Below, one piece after another: positions 20,944 to 29,904 of a DNA stretch of 64,000 bases. The stretch lies in the NCBI GenBank assembly GCA_963664395.2, contig OY761159.2, positions 480,001 to 544,000 of the forward strand, read 5' to 3'. The notes beneath the pieces were generated by a model that was not told the origin of the DNA, ran no database searches, and was given only the letters and a program-made list of their open reading frames with translations. Source of the stretch: Candidatus Binatia bacterium. Its GTDB lineage: Bacteria; Desulfobacterota; Binatia; Bin18. The position numbers and the translations under genes are program-made. Each line of letters starts with the position of its first letter. Within the stretch, counting starts at the first letter, position 1.

Positions 20944-22452
20944 ATGCCTGCTGCGTCTGCTGAATTTCTTCGAGCTGTTCAGGCTGCCCTGGGAAACGGA
21001 GCAGTCTCTACGGGAGAAGAGACGTTGACACATTATAGCCGGAACCGTCTGCCTGGAGGCGACCGCCGTCCCTCCGGCGTCGTCTACCCTGGTTCAACGG
21101 CTGAGGTCCAAACGATTGTCCGGCTTGCGAATGAGTTCCGGACCCCCCTGTACAGTATCAGCACAGGTGAGAATAGCGGGCTGGGCTTGAAGAGTCCCTT
21201 TCAAGAGGGCTGTGTTATCGTCGATGTCGGCAAACGTATAAACCGTATTCTCGAAATCGACGAAACCTTATGCTTTGCCGAGATTGAGCCAGGGGCAAGC
21301 TATCAACACCTCTACGACGCCCTGGGCCAACGGGGTCACACACTTATGATGGACACAACGTCGGGTCCACCAGAAGGCGGTATTGTTGGCAACACCCTTG
21401 ATAAAGGCGCCGGCTATACCCCCTACTTTGATCATTTTGGGATGAGCTGTGGTTTGGAAGTCGTGCTGGGTGATGGGCGGATTCTCCGAACGGCCGACGG
21501 AGCTTTGCCCGGAGCGAAGACCTGGCATGTCGCAAAGTATGGCTATGGCCCGTATCTGGATGGGTTATTTCTCCAGTCTAATTTCGGCATTGTCACCCGA
21601 CTCGGCGTGTGGCTCATGCCACGCCCGCCGGCGATTCGGTCCTTTTTCTTCCTCTTTCCGGATGACGAAGATTTTGGGGATATCATCGAACTCGTCCGTC
21701 CACTCAAGCTGAACAATGTGGTTCCTTCGCTCATCAAGGTCACGAGCGATCTGTATGGCATCGGGACGGTCGCCAGCTATCCTTTTGAGCGGACGGGAGG
21801 GAAGACGCCACTTCCGGATGATATCCGCCGGCAGCTCCAAAATGAGTATGGCGTTGGTGCCTGGTGTGTGTCAGGCGCGTTTTACGGTGCGTCAGATGAA
21901 GCGCTTGAGCCCATGCTTGCGCGCGTGCAAGCCCATTTCGGACAGTCTGGCAAAGCGCGTTATATTGCTCATGAAGAAGCGCAGGAGCAGGCGCTCCTCA
22001 AGATTCATAGCGATACATTCAGCGGCCATCCCACGCGAGAGGAACTCGGACTGCTCAACTGGCGGCCGGGCGGTGGGGCGTGTTGGTTTCTTCCGGCTAT
22101 GCCTATGATTGGGAGTATCGCCAACGAACACCAAGCCTTGTCCCGCCGTATTCTGCACAAGCATGGCTTCGAGTACATCACCGAATACGTCTGTGGACCA
22201 CGCCTGAGCCGGGCATTGCATATCATTATCTTTAATCGCCAAGACCCTGAGGAATGCCAACGTATGAGTCGCTGTTACCGAGAGCTGCTGACGGCGTATA
22301 CGGAGGCGGGCTATCCGGTTTCACGCGCCCCGCTCGATTTTCAGGCGGAAGCCATGCAGCGGCTCGAAACCTTTCCGCAGGTGTGCTCGGACCTCAAAAA
22401 AGCCTTGGACCCCAATGGCATTCTCTCACCGGGGAAGTACGGTATTCGGTAG
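20944..22452 (+). CDS. VAO/PCMH-family FAD-linked oxidase (4-cresol dehydrogenase flavoprotein/eugenol oxidase-like)
   Basis: ISTGENSGLG, IEPGASY, GNTLDKGAGYTPY, CGLEVVLGDG, KYGYGPYLDGLFLQSNFGIVT and ALDPNGILSPGKYGI. Confidence 0.85.
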   Translation: MPAASAEFLRAVQAALGNGAVSTGEETLTHYSRNRLPGGDRRPSGVVYPGSTAEVQTIVRLANEFRTPLYSISTGENSGLGLKSPFQEGCVIVDVGKRINRILEIDETLCFAEIEPGASYQHLYDALGQRGHTLMMDTTSGPPEGGIVGNTLDKGAGYTPYFDHFGMSCGLEVVLGDGRILRTADGALPGAKTWHVAKYGYGPYLDGLFLQSNFGIVTRLGVWLMPRPPAIRSFFFLFPDDEDFGDIIELVRPLKLNNVVPSLIKVTSDLYGIGTVASYPFERTGGKTPLPDDIRRQLQNEYGVGAWCVSGAFYGASDEALEPMLARVQAHFGQSGKARYIAHEEAQEQALLKIHSDTFSGHPTREELGLLNWRPGGGACWFLPAMPMIGSIANEHQALSRRILHKHGFEYITEYVCGPRLSRALHIIIFNRQDPEECQRMSRCYRELLTAYTEAGYPVSRAPLDFQAEAMQRLETFPQVCSDLKKALDPNGILSPGKYGIR

Positions 22453-22467
22453 AACGAGGAGGGCGGC

Positions 22468-22902
22468 ATGTCGGCGCAAGAGAATCTGAGACTCTGGAAT
22501 GACCATATTCGTGGCGAATTCATGGTCAAAGACGAGGACCTGTCGCTGTCCACAATGGGAGAGGACGCTTCGGTCCTGACCGTGCCAACCGGCTGGGGTG
22601 GCAAAGGCAAGACTGAGCTGAGGCCCCTCTACCGGGACGAGTTCATTCCCTCGATCCCGCCCTCGTGGACCCACACCACAACCAATCAAGCCGTAACGGA
22701 TGACTATATTGTCGAAGAGGCCCACATCCAGCTCATCCATACTCAGCAGATGGATTGGTTTCTGCCTGGCATTCCACCGACCGATAAGCCTATCGAGTTT
22801 GACATTGTCCTGATCGTGCAATTCCGTGCCGGCAAAATGTCGGCTGAGCGCATTTATTGGGATCAAGCCACTGTCCTCCGGCAGATTGGACAGCTAGATT
22901 AG
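22468..22902 (+). CDS. SnoaL-like/NTF2 ester cyclase family protein
   Basis: WNDHIRGEF, VPTGWGG, DWFLPGIPPT and ERIYWDQATVLRQIG. Confidence 0.75.
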   Translation: MSAQENLRLWNDHIRGEFMVKDEDLSLSTMGEDASVLTVPTGWGGKGKTELRPLYRDEFIPSIPPSWTHTTTNQAVTDDYIVEEAHIQLIHTQQMDWFLPGIPPTDKPIEFDIVLIVQFRAGKMSAERIYWDQATVLRQIGQLD

Positions 22903-22947
22903 ACCTTCGGACGACCAAGACATCATTCAAAGGAAGTACACGCACTC

Positions 22948-23922
22948 ATGCAGTTCGGCGTCTTTTATCAGTTACCCTGCGCCCCTGGGCAGTCTGTTCC
23001 GCAACGCTATCAGGAGACTTTCGAGCAGATTGTCTACGCGGACCGGTTGGGTTTTGACTCAGCCTGGCTGGCGGAGGCCCATTTTGACGCCGGCTTTTCC
23101 ACCATGCCGGCCCCGCTGGTTGTTGCCGCGGCGCTGTCGGGGCGCACCGAGCGTATCCGCCTGGGTATTGGCGTCAGCCAACTCCCGCTGCACAATCCGG
23201 TCAGCGTGGCGGAGCAGGCCGCAACCGTTGATATTGTCAGCGGCGGCAGGCTGGACTTCGGCATCGGGCGGGGGACGTGGAATCACAATTTCGCCGGTTT
23301 TGGTATTCCGTGGGAAGAACGCACCACCCGACTGGAAGAAGCGGTTGATATCCTGGAACAAGCTTGGACCGACGCCCCGCTCACCTACCACGGCCGGCAC
23401 TATCAGTTCGAGTCCGTCAACGTCGTTCCCAAGCCGCTTCAGCAGCCCGGCCCGCCGCTGCATATCGCGGCCAATAGTCCGGACACGGCCGAGTTTGCCG
23501 GTCGGCGCGGCTTACGCCTGTTGATGGCCGCGCCTATTCATCCCTGGCCGGACGATTTTCTGACGCATCTCGGGCTGTACCGTGATTCGGCGGCCAAACG
23601 GACCGCGGGGAATGCGCAGGTGTCGGCCGTATTTTTTGTCTTTACGGCTCAGAATCGTGCCGCGGTGCGCAGTCAGATGGCCGACAGCTTTGCCCGTCAC
23701 CCGATAGGCCAGCGCACCACATATGAGACTGCGCAAGAGAACATGGCCATATTCGGCAACCCGCAGGAGTGCATAGACCGGATTGCAGAGGTGCAGCAAC
23801 GGGCCAGATTGGATTCCCTGATCTGTTCCTTCAACCCCGGCGGAACCGTTCTCCACGAGCACGTGAAGGTGGCGATGCAGCGCTTTGCGGAAGAGGTGCT
23901 GCCAAGCGTACGCGACCTGTAG
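22948..23922 (+). CDS. LLM-class flavin-dependent oxidoreductase
   Basis: GFDSAWLAEAH, RIRLGIG, ATVDIVSGGRLDFGIGRG, PKPLQQP and MQRFAEEVLP. Confidence 0.88.
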   Translation: MQFGVFYQLPCAPGQSVPQRYQETFEQIVYADRLGFDSAWLAEAHFDAGFSTMPAPLVVAAALSGRTERIRLGIGVSQLPLHNPVSVAEQAATVDIVSGGRLDFGIGRGTWNHNFAGFGIPWEERTTRLEEAVDILEQAWTDAPLTYHGRHYQFESVNVVPKPLQQPGPPLHIAANSPDTAEFAGRRGLRLLMAAPIHPWPDDFLTHLGLYRDSAAKRTAGNAQVSAVFFVFTAQNRAAVRSQMADSFARHPIGQRTTYETAQENMAIFGNPQECIDRIAEVQQRARLDSLICSFNPGGTVLHEHVKVAMQRFAEEVLPSVRDL

Positions 23923-23946
23923 TCGGCTTATCGGCCGGCGCTCCTT

Positions 23947-24109
23947 TCAACTAGCCCGGCTCACGAAGAAGATCGAAGCGGGCGAGCCGGTCCGCGGATG
24001 GACCGGCTCGCGGCATTCTAGGATATCGAAACCACTGTCTCGGAGGAGGCGAACCCAGGACTCCACCGTACGGAAATACCAGGGAGCCGGGTCCATAAAC
24101 TCCGGCCCC
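23947..24109 (-). pseudogene. 3' fragment of a class I SAM-methyltransferase gene, truncated at a REP-like repeat
   Basis: GPEFMDPAPWYFRTVESWVRLLRDSGFDILECREPVHPRTGSPASIFF resembles a methyltransferase C-terminus. The similarity begins directly at the CTTCGAC repeat. Confidence 0.55.
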
Positions 24110-24160
24110 CTTCGACTTCGCTCCGCTCTGCTCAGGGCAGGCTTCGACAAGCTCAGGGCC
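24109..24160. repeat. Tandem CTTCGAC...GCTCAGGGC REP-like repeat
   Basis: Two units: CTTCGACTTCGCTCCGCTCTGCTCAGGGCA and CTTCGACAAGCTCAGGGCC. Confidence 0.6.
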
Positions 24161-24240
24161 ACCCCTCCAAGGACGTATGATGCAAATACCGTGTGACAGC
24201 ATACGTCGAAAACGAGGGCGGGAGGTGCCGGAGCCAGCGG

Positions 24241-24333
24241 AACCCACCCCGTCCCTTCGGGCCACCCCTCCCGAGAGGGAAGTTTTTCCTATCCCCTCTC
24301 GGGAGGGGTGGCGCATCAGCGGTGGGGTGGGTT
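24241..24333. repeat. Long palindromic element (AACCCACCCC...GCCACCCCTCCCGAGAGGG / CCCTCTCGGGAGGGGTGGC...GGGGTGGGTT)
   Basis: Nested inverted repeats can form a ~93-nt hairpin. Confidence 0.7.
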
Positions 24334-24488
24334 GTCCCCGGCTCGGCGGCCACCGCGCGTCAGACAAGCGCAGGTTCCTGGGAAGGTGCATCACACGTCC
24401 CCGTGAGGGCCAGGGAGGGGAGCACTGCGCTGGCAGAGGGAAAGGTGAAGCTGAGACACGACTCGAGCCTCCCATAATTTGGCATGAG

Positions 24489-24905
24489 TTAAAGTGACTC
24501 CGACATTCCATCCACTTTTGGCACATCCGGATGCATGACATCCCACGGCTGAGCACTGGCCACATAAATATCCCGCTGGGGTTGATACCAGCTCGGATCG
24601 TCAAGACTGCCCGCGTACAGGACCCTGAAGTCCGGCGCGGCGGCGTTCGTTAAGAGGACGGGAGAGCCACAGGAAGGGCAGAACCCACGACCCATGGTGT
24701 GGCCGCGGTCGGCCTGCTTCTCAAACCAGGCAAGCTCGCCCGTGAGAGAAAAGTCAGATTGTTTGACGATGACCGCCGCAAAATAGGCGCTGCCGGTTCC
24801 ACGTTGGCAGTCCCGGCAATGACAATTCCCCATATAGAGCGGTTCGGCGGCACAGCTATAGCGGATCGCGCCGCACGCACAGCCACCGGAAAACGGAACC
24901 TTCAT
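24489..24905 (-). CDS. GFA (glutathione-dependent formaldehyde-activating) family protein
   Basis: GGCACGAIRY, CHCRDCQR and RGFCPSCGSP; AGGAGG RBS. Confidence 0.9.
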   Translation of the reverse strand: MKVPFSGGCACGAIRYSCAAEPLYMGNCHCRDCQRGTGSAYFAAVIVKQSDFSLTGELAWFEKQADRGHTMGRGFCPSCGSPVLLTNAAAPDFRVLYAGSLDDPSWYQPQRDIYVASAQPWDVMHPDVPKVDGMSESL

Positions 24906-24925
24906 ATTCAACCTCCTTCTCAAAA

Positions 24926-26089
24926 CTACATTTCTGCAAGCGCAACTGCCGGCTGAAGTTCTTTCAGGCGCGGATAGACTTCCTGAGCAAAGAGTTTCAT
25001 GCCTGTGACCGTCTCTTGATGGTCAAGGAAGCCGGCCTGGCCCATCAGCAGGAGTTGACCAAAGCCGCCCACGTGTTCGTAAAACTTGACGATCTGCCGG
25101 TAGACGGAATCCGGGTTGCCGGCAAAGACCAGCCCGTGTTCCATAAAGCTCTCCAGCTTCGGGTTCTGGAACATCTTGAACACGCCCGAGGCCGGTCCTT
25201 TCATCGCCTCGGCCATCGCCGGCGGCGGATGATAGCCCGGCGGGCTGGTGAACTGGAACGGCACTTTATTGGCCTCTACATACCACATCAGCTTGCGCGC
25301 CCCGGCATAGCCTTCTTCATCCGTCTCACCCGTATACACCAGGGCGGCATAGGCAAAACGATCCAGGCCGGCAGCCGGCAGGCCGAGTTCGGCCCGGCGC
25401 GTACGATAGGCGTCAAACACCCGCTTTGACCCATCGAAGCCGGTCAAAAAGCAGGCCACGATATTACCGCGCTCACCAACCGTCTGGGCAGAGCCCGGAC
25501 TGAGCGCCGTGATCCAGACGGGCGGATGTGGCTCCTGATAGGGTCGGGGCCAGATATTGACCTGACGGTGATGGAAGTATTTACCTTCCCAGTTGAACGG
25601 CCCATCGTGACTCGTCCAGGCCTTGAGGATCAAGTCATACGCCTCCCAGAAGCGCTCCATCATGCGCGTGGGTCGATGGTTGCCGGCCGACATTTCATAC
25701 GGCACACCGCGCACAAAGCCGACCTCCAGACGGCCGCGCGAGTAGACATCGACCATGGCCATTTCTTCCGCCACGCGCACGGGCTCACGCCGGTTGGCAA
25801 TCGGGTTGCCGAGAATCAGCAGCCGGGCCGTTTTGGTTTCACGGGCGAGGATGCCCATGATGACGGGGCCGGCCGGGTTGAGATTGGTCGCGGTCTGATG
25901 GTGCTCGTTCACCATGATGTCGAGCCCCAGTTCCTCGGCAATGAGCCATTCATCGATAAAGCGGTGATACAGGTCGGCGCCGATTTTCGGATCGTAGTAG
26001 CGATTGGGGAGGGTGACGCGGATCGAGTCGTACTCTTTCGCATCGGGCAGGAGATGATAGGCGTTTTCGCTGAAATGCCAGACGCGCAT
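24926..26089 (-). CDS. LLM-class flavin-dependent monooxygenase
   Basis: NEHHQT, PVRVAEEMAMVD..SRGRLEVGFVRG, NIWPRPYQEPHPP and LFAQEVYPRL. Confidence 0.88.
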   Translation of the reverse strand: MRVWHFSENAYHLLPDAKEYDSIRVTLPNRYYDPKIGADLYHRFIDEWLIAEELGLDIMVNEHHQTATNLNPAGPVIMGILARETKTARLLILGNPIANRREPVRVAEEMAMVDVYSRGRLEVGFVRGVPYEMSAGNHRPTRMMERFWEAYDLILKAWTSHDGPFNWEGKYFHHRQVNIWPRPYQEPHPPVWITALSPGSAQTVGERGNIVACFLTGFDGSKRVFDAYRTRRAELGLPAAGLDRFAYAALVYTGETDEEGYAGARKLMWYVEANKVPFQFTSPPGYHPPPAMAEAMKGPASGVFKMFQNPKLESFMEHGLVFAGNPDSVYRQIVKFYEHVGGFGQLLLMGQAGFLDHQETVTGMKLFAQEVYPRLKELQPAVALAEM

Positions 26090-26106
26090 GGGCACGGCTC
26101 CTTTAT

Positions 26107-26898
26107 CTATACTGAGGCAAGAAACGCTCCGACCCGCTCGGCGAAGACCTCCGGCTGTTCCAGGTGCGGCCAGTGTCCGGCTTGGTCAATGACGGTGAAC
26201 TGCGCACCGGGAATAGCGTCACGATAGGCCGTGCCATAATAGTCGGGGGTCACAAAACGATCCCTCGCCCCCCAGACGAGCAGCGTCGGAAGAGCGACCC
26301 GATACAAGCGCTGGCGCAACTTGGGATTATGGAAATACGGCTCCCAGGCATACAGGGCGGTCGCTTCCCGGTTGCGGGCAATCGCGGTGAGCTCAAGATC
26401 GGACAGGCTGGCGTAATCGACCGCGGCCCGAGCCGGATCGTGGTATTGCAGCCGGGTGACCTCTTCCGGCGGCAGGGCGAAAATATCCGGGATGTCGCGC
26501 GTCTCCCGGTCACCGACCTTGATACCGAGCGGCGCAACCAGGACCAGTTGGCCGAGACGAGCCGTAGACTTGACCGCCATTTCGGCGGCTATCCAGCCAC
26601 CGAGCGAGCAGCCGATGACGACCACCTCGCGGAGATCAGACTCGTCGAGCAGGTCGAGATAGAGATAGGCCAGGTCATCCACCGTGTCGATATCGGCCGC
26701 ATCGGGTGCCTGGTCAAAGCCGGGATGGGTCGGCAGGATCACCCGGCCCTGCTTGGCCAGCAGAGAAAAAAACGGGGCCTGGGGACACGGCCCATCTTCG
26801 CCGTGTAAGACCAGTATCGGGCGGCCCTGTCCCTGCTCATATACGTCAAGTTGCACGCCGTGCAGCGTCAACCGGCGCGACTGGATGGTAGGACTCAT
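26107..26898 (-). CDS. Alpha/beta fold hydrolase
   Basis: LHG, GCSLGG nucleophile elbow, WGARD and AGHWPHLEQP. Confidence 0.85.
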   Translation of the reverse strand: MSPTIQSRRLTLHGVQLDVYEQGQGRPILVLHGEDGPCPQAPFFSLLAKQGRVILPTHPGFDQAPDAADIDTVDDLAYLYLDLLDESDLREVVVIGCSLGGWIAAEMAVKSTARLGQLVLVAPLGIKVGDRETRDIPDIFALPPEEVTRLQYHDPARAAVDYASLSDLELTAIARNREATALYAWEPYFHNPKLRQRLYRVALPTLLVWGARDRFVTPDYYGTAYRDAIPGAQFTVIDQAGHWPHLEQPEVFAERVGAFLASV

Positions 26899-27010
26899 GC
26901 TTCACCTGTGTCTGGGGGAACTGTACGGGGGCGGGAGCAGCTTGTGAAGTCCCACCTTCCGTATGCGGTAGATATATTGCCCCATGCGGAAGTCCGAGTC
27001 CGACCTCCTG

Positions 27011-27763
27011 TTATTGTCCGTCTGAGGCGGCGCTCCCAGGAATGTTGCCGGGGGCGTCGGCCACACACATGCCCACATCCGCCGCAAAGCCGTAGGCCGC
27101 CCCGACAGCTTCCACGCACGTCAGCTCGCTTTGACATTCACTGTCGCTGTCACAGTCCCCTTGCCCCGCACTGCACGGTCCCATGACTTGGCAGTAATCA
27201 TCGTGTCCAGGGGACAGCACCGGGCGGTCCGTCTTGCGTGTTTTGTAGTACCACCCGCTAAAACGGACCCATAATTCGTTCGTCCCGATGATCTCTAAGT
27301 ACTTCGAGGGACCGCTGCCACCCGGCTTATAAATTTCGATGATTTCATCTCCGGTGGCGTCCCCTTGATACCCCAAATAAAAACTGCTCCACCGCCTCCC
27401 ACGAGACGGCACATTCCCTTCCGGTTGGAAGGGATAGTACCACACCGTATAGGTCGGATTCTCGATCCGTAAACCCGAGGGATATCGAAACAAGGAGGCC
27501 GTCACAATCAGTTCCTGCCCCACCCATGCCTGGGCCTCAGCCGCCGTGGTAGCGCCGCCCCGGTACTTGTCCGCCTCATAAATCTCATACCGCCCGTAGA
27601 GCGGGTTCAGGTCCTTATCCGTCACTTCATACGGCGGAGTGTACTCCTGGACCCGTGTCCGTGTTTGCCCCGCAGCACTCCCCCCCACGAGCAATAACAG
27701 AACAACGCAGAGGAGTTTTACGGTCCAGCGCAGATACAACAATCGCTTCACACCGCTCAGCAT
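27011..27763 (-). CDS. Secreted protein with a C-terminal Cys-rich module
   Basis: Signal peptide (LLCVVLLLLVGGSAAG). The C-terminus YCQVMGPCSAGQGDCDSDSECQSELTC...GMC has six Cys. Confidence 0.7.
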   Translation of the reverse strand: MLSGVKRLLYLRWTVKLLCVVLLLLVGGSAAGQTRTRVQEYTPPYEVTDKDLNPLYGRYEIYEADKYRGGATTAAEAQAWVGQELIVTASLFRYPSGLRIENPTYTVWYYPFQPEGNVPSRGRRWSSFYLGYQGDATGDEIIEIYKPGGSGPSKYLEIIGTNELWVRFSGWYYKTRKTDRPVLSPGHDDYCQVMGPCSAGQGDCDSDSECQSELTCVEAVGAAYGFAADVGMCVADAPGNIPGSAASDGQ

Positions 27764-27798
27764 GGGCTGCACCTCCTCACCGCAATCGAGCCTTCTGC

Positions 27799-28764
27799 TC
27801 ACGCCGCAAACAAACGTTCGACGTTCCCGTGTAATATCTGCTCACGCTCGTCATCGGAGCAGGCCAGCTTCTCCACCAGTTCAATGGGCCGCTGCCAGAA
27901 ACCGTAGGGATGGTCCGTGCCCAGCACGAGCTGATGGGCGCCCATCAGCGACAGGCACCATTCGAGCGGTTCCGGCTCATAGGCGACCGTATCCATATAC
28001 AGTTTCTTCAGAAATCGACTCGGCTCCTTCACCACATCCTCCCCACCAAAAGCCCCCAGCATGCCGTCCAGCCGACCCATCAAATACGGCACGGTAGCGC
28101 CAACGTGGGGAATGATGATCGGCGCGTCCGCATAGTCTGCCAGCATCCCGGACAGGGCCAGACGCATGGCGGCAAGGGTATTATCAACCATAAACGCCAG
28201 CACCGGCACCGGCACCAAGTCCGTCAAATAGCGCTGATTCAAGGGAACAGTGGGATGAATAAAAATGGGCCGGCCGAGCTCGGCCATACGCGCGAAAATG
28301 GGACGGAACTCGGGAGCGTCGAGCGGCTTGTCGTTGATATTGGAATACAGTTGAAGACCCCGAAAGTGAAGCTCCGAGAAACAGCGGTCGAGTTCCCTGA
28401 GCGTCGCCTCAGTGTCCCCAAAGCCCAGAGTCGCATAACCCCAAAAACGGTCCGGGTGAGCGGCAATGAGTTCGGCCAGGAGATCATTCGCAATCCGGGC
28501 CAACTCATCCGCCTGAGCGCCCCCTACCCGGTCCGGGCCGGGCACGGCCAGACTCAGGATGGAGATGTCGATGCCGGCCTCATCCATATGCGCCAGCTTG
28601 GTCTGCATGTCGTATAGGGGCGGCAGCATCGGAATGGTTAAACCCTGACAGCAGTGAAAGTGATACGTGCCGTCTACCAGCCGGGTGTAGGGAAAGTCAC
28701 TCCGTTTTTCGAGCGTATGAGCGATGTGCTCGGATAAGAAATGGGTGTGAACGTCGATTTTCAT
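27799..28764 (-). CDS. Amidohydrolase-2 family protein (ACMSD/aromatic decarboxylase- or hydratase-like)
   Basis: IDVHTH, FIHP, PHVGATVPY..GR and LGTDHPY. Confidence 0.82.
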   Translation of the reverse strand: MKIDVHTHFLSEHIAHTLEKRSDFPYTRLVDGTYHFHCCQGLTIPMLPPLYDMQTKLAHMDEAGIDISILSLAVPGPDRVGGAQADELARIANDLLAELIAAHPDRFWGYATLGFGDTEATLRELDRCFSELHFRGLQLYSNINDKPLDAPEFRPIFARMAELGRPIFIHPTVPLNQRYLTDLVPVPVLAFMVDNTLAAMRLALSGMLADYADAPIIIPHVGATVPYLMGRLDGMLGAFGGEDVVKEPSRFLKKLYMDTVAYEPEPLEWCLSLMGAHQLVLGTDHPYGFWQRPIELVEKLACSDDEREQILHGNVERLFAA

Positions 28765-28796
28765 GCCCGGACTCCTCTCTCCTTGCGCCGCCACGT

Positions 28797-29702
28797 TTAC
28801 CCGGCCTTGCGGGATTCGCTCCGTGCGTCAAAACCGCCCTCTTCAGGGACATGTCCATACACGTCACGCACGTAGTATTCGGACTGATGGGTCGCGGGTC
28901 GTCCGCCCCAGCCATACTCGATCAGCCAGCCCGAGGGTGTGCGGAAGTAGAATGAATACATCTGGTCGTTGGAGTGTTTGCCGGGGGTGATAGCGACCGG
29001 CACTTTATGCTCGCGGACGATCTCGTAGGTCAGGCCCACGTCGTCCAGATTGTCCACCTCGACCATAATGTGATTCAGGCGCTGCTCGGATGGGCCTATC
29101 CCAAAGGCCACGGAATGGTCACGCTCATTGCAGTGCATAAAAACTGGCGCGATGACCTGCTTGCCCCGCTGAATCTTGTATTCCACGCTGCCGCGCATGC
29201 CCAGGGCACGATAAAAGCGATAGGCCGCATCCGTATCCTGTTGACCGACAATACAGTGTCCCAAGCCGCCCGCGCCGGTCTTGAACCGCCCGTGCATGCG
29301 GCGTCCGGGATAAAAAGGCTGGCTGAACTGTACCTGCGGGCCGTGGAAAATCTCGACCGGATTGCCGTTGGGGTCGGCGAGTTTCAACACCTCCAGCACG
29401 CGGCGCTCGGCGGCCTCGTCCGGCGATCCCAGGCGGTAGGCGATACTCGCTTCGGTCAACTGCTGCTGCATCTGCCCGAACTCCTCAGGCCCGGCAACCC
29501 GAAAGCCCAGGTAGCGCAGATCGTCGCTGGGGTCGTCGTGCAGGACAATCCGATGATGCCAGTAGTCCAGGCGCGCGTAGCAGCGGTCGTCTTCGCCCTC
29601 ATCCACAATTTCCCAACCGATGATATTGGCCGCAAAATGCTTCCAGGTGTCGAGGTCTTTGACGCCAACACCCATATAGCCCAGCTCTGTAACGTGAATC
29701 AT
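28797..29702 (-). CDS. Type I extradiol dioxygenase, NahC/BphC-like
   Basis: ELGYMG, RLDYWHHRI, GLGHCIV, FMHCNERDHS, LNHIMVE, GKHSNDQMYSFY and TPSGWLIEYGW closely recall 1,2-dihydroxynaphthalene dioxygenase. Confidence 0.88.
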   Translation of the reverse strand: MIHVTELGYMGVGVKDLDTWKHFAANIIGWEIVDEGEDDRCYARLDYWHHRIVLHDDPSDDLRYLGFRVAGPEEFGQMQQQLTEASIAYRLGSPDEAAERRVLEVLKLADPNGNPVEIFHGPQVQFSQPFYPGRRMHGRFKTGAGGLGHCIVGQQDTDAAYRFYRALGMRGSVEYKIQRGKQVIAPVFMHCNERDHSVAFGIGPSEQRLNHIMVEVDNLDDVGLTYEIVREHKVPVAITPGKHSNDQMYSFYFRTPSGWLIEYGWGGRPATHQSEYYVRDVYGHVPEEGGFDARSESRKAG

Positions 29703-29904
29703 ATTTCCCTCCTCTGGAATTGTTCTCCCACATCCTGCTCTACCCGCTCCTGCCTGTGACCAATCATATCCTTACTGTCAAGACAGATACAGAGACAGGT
29801 GGGATGCGGCTTCCGTTCCGGCAAGGAGTACGCTACCGTGACCTTCTCGTCTCATGCCTGTCAGGTGTAAAGCGGGAAGGATATATCGCAGGACGGGAGC
29901 TGCC

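Noticed and set aside
24467-24494. Possible dif-like site GCCTCCCATAA-TTTGGC-ATGAGTTAAAG
   Set aside because: The XerD-like arm lacks the TTAT start, and its TTAA is explained by the GFA gene stop codon.
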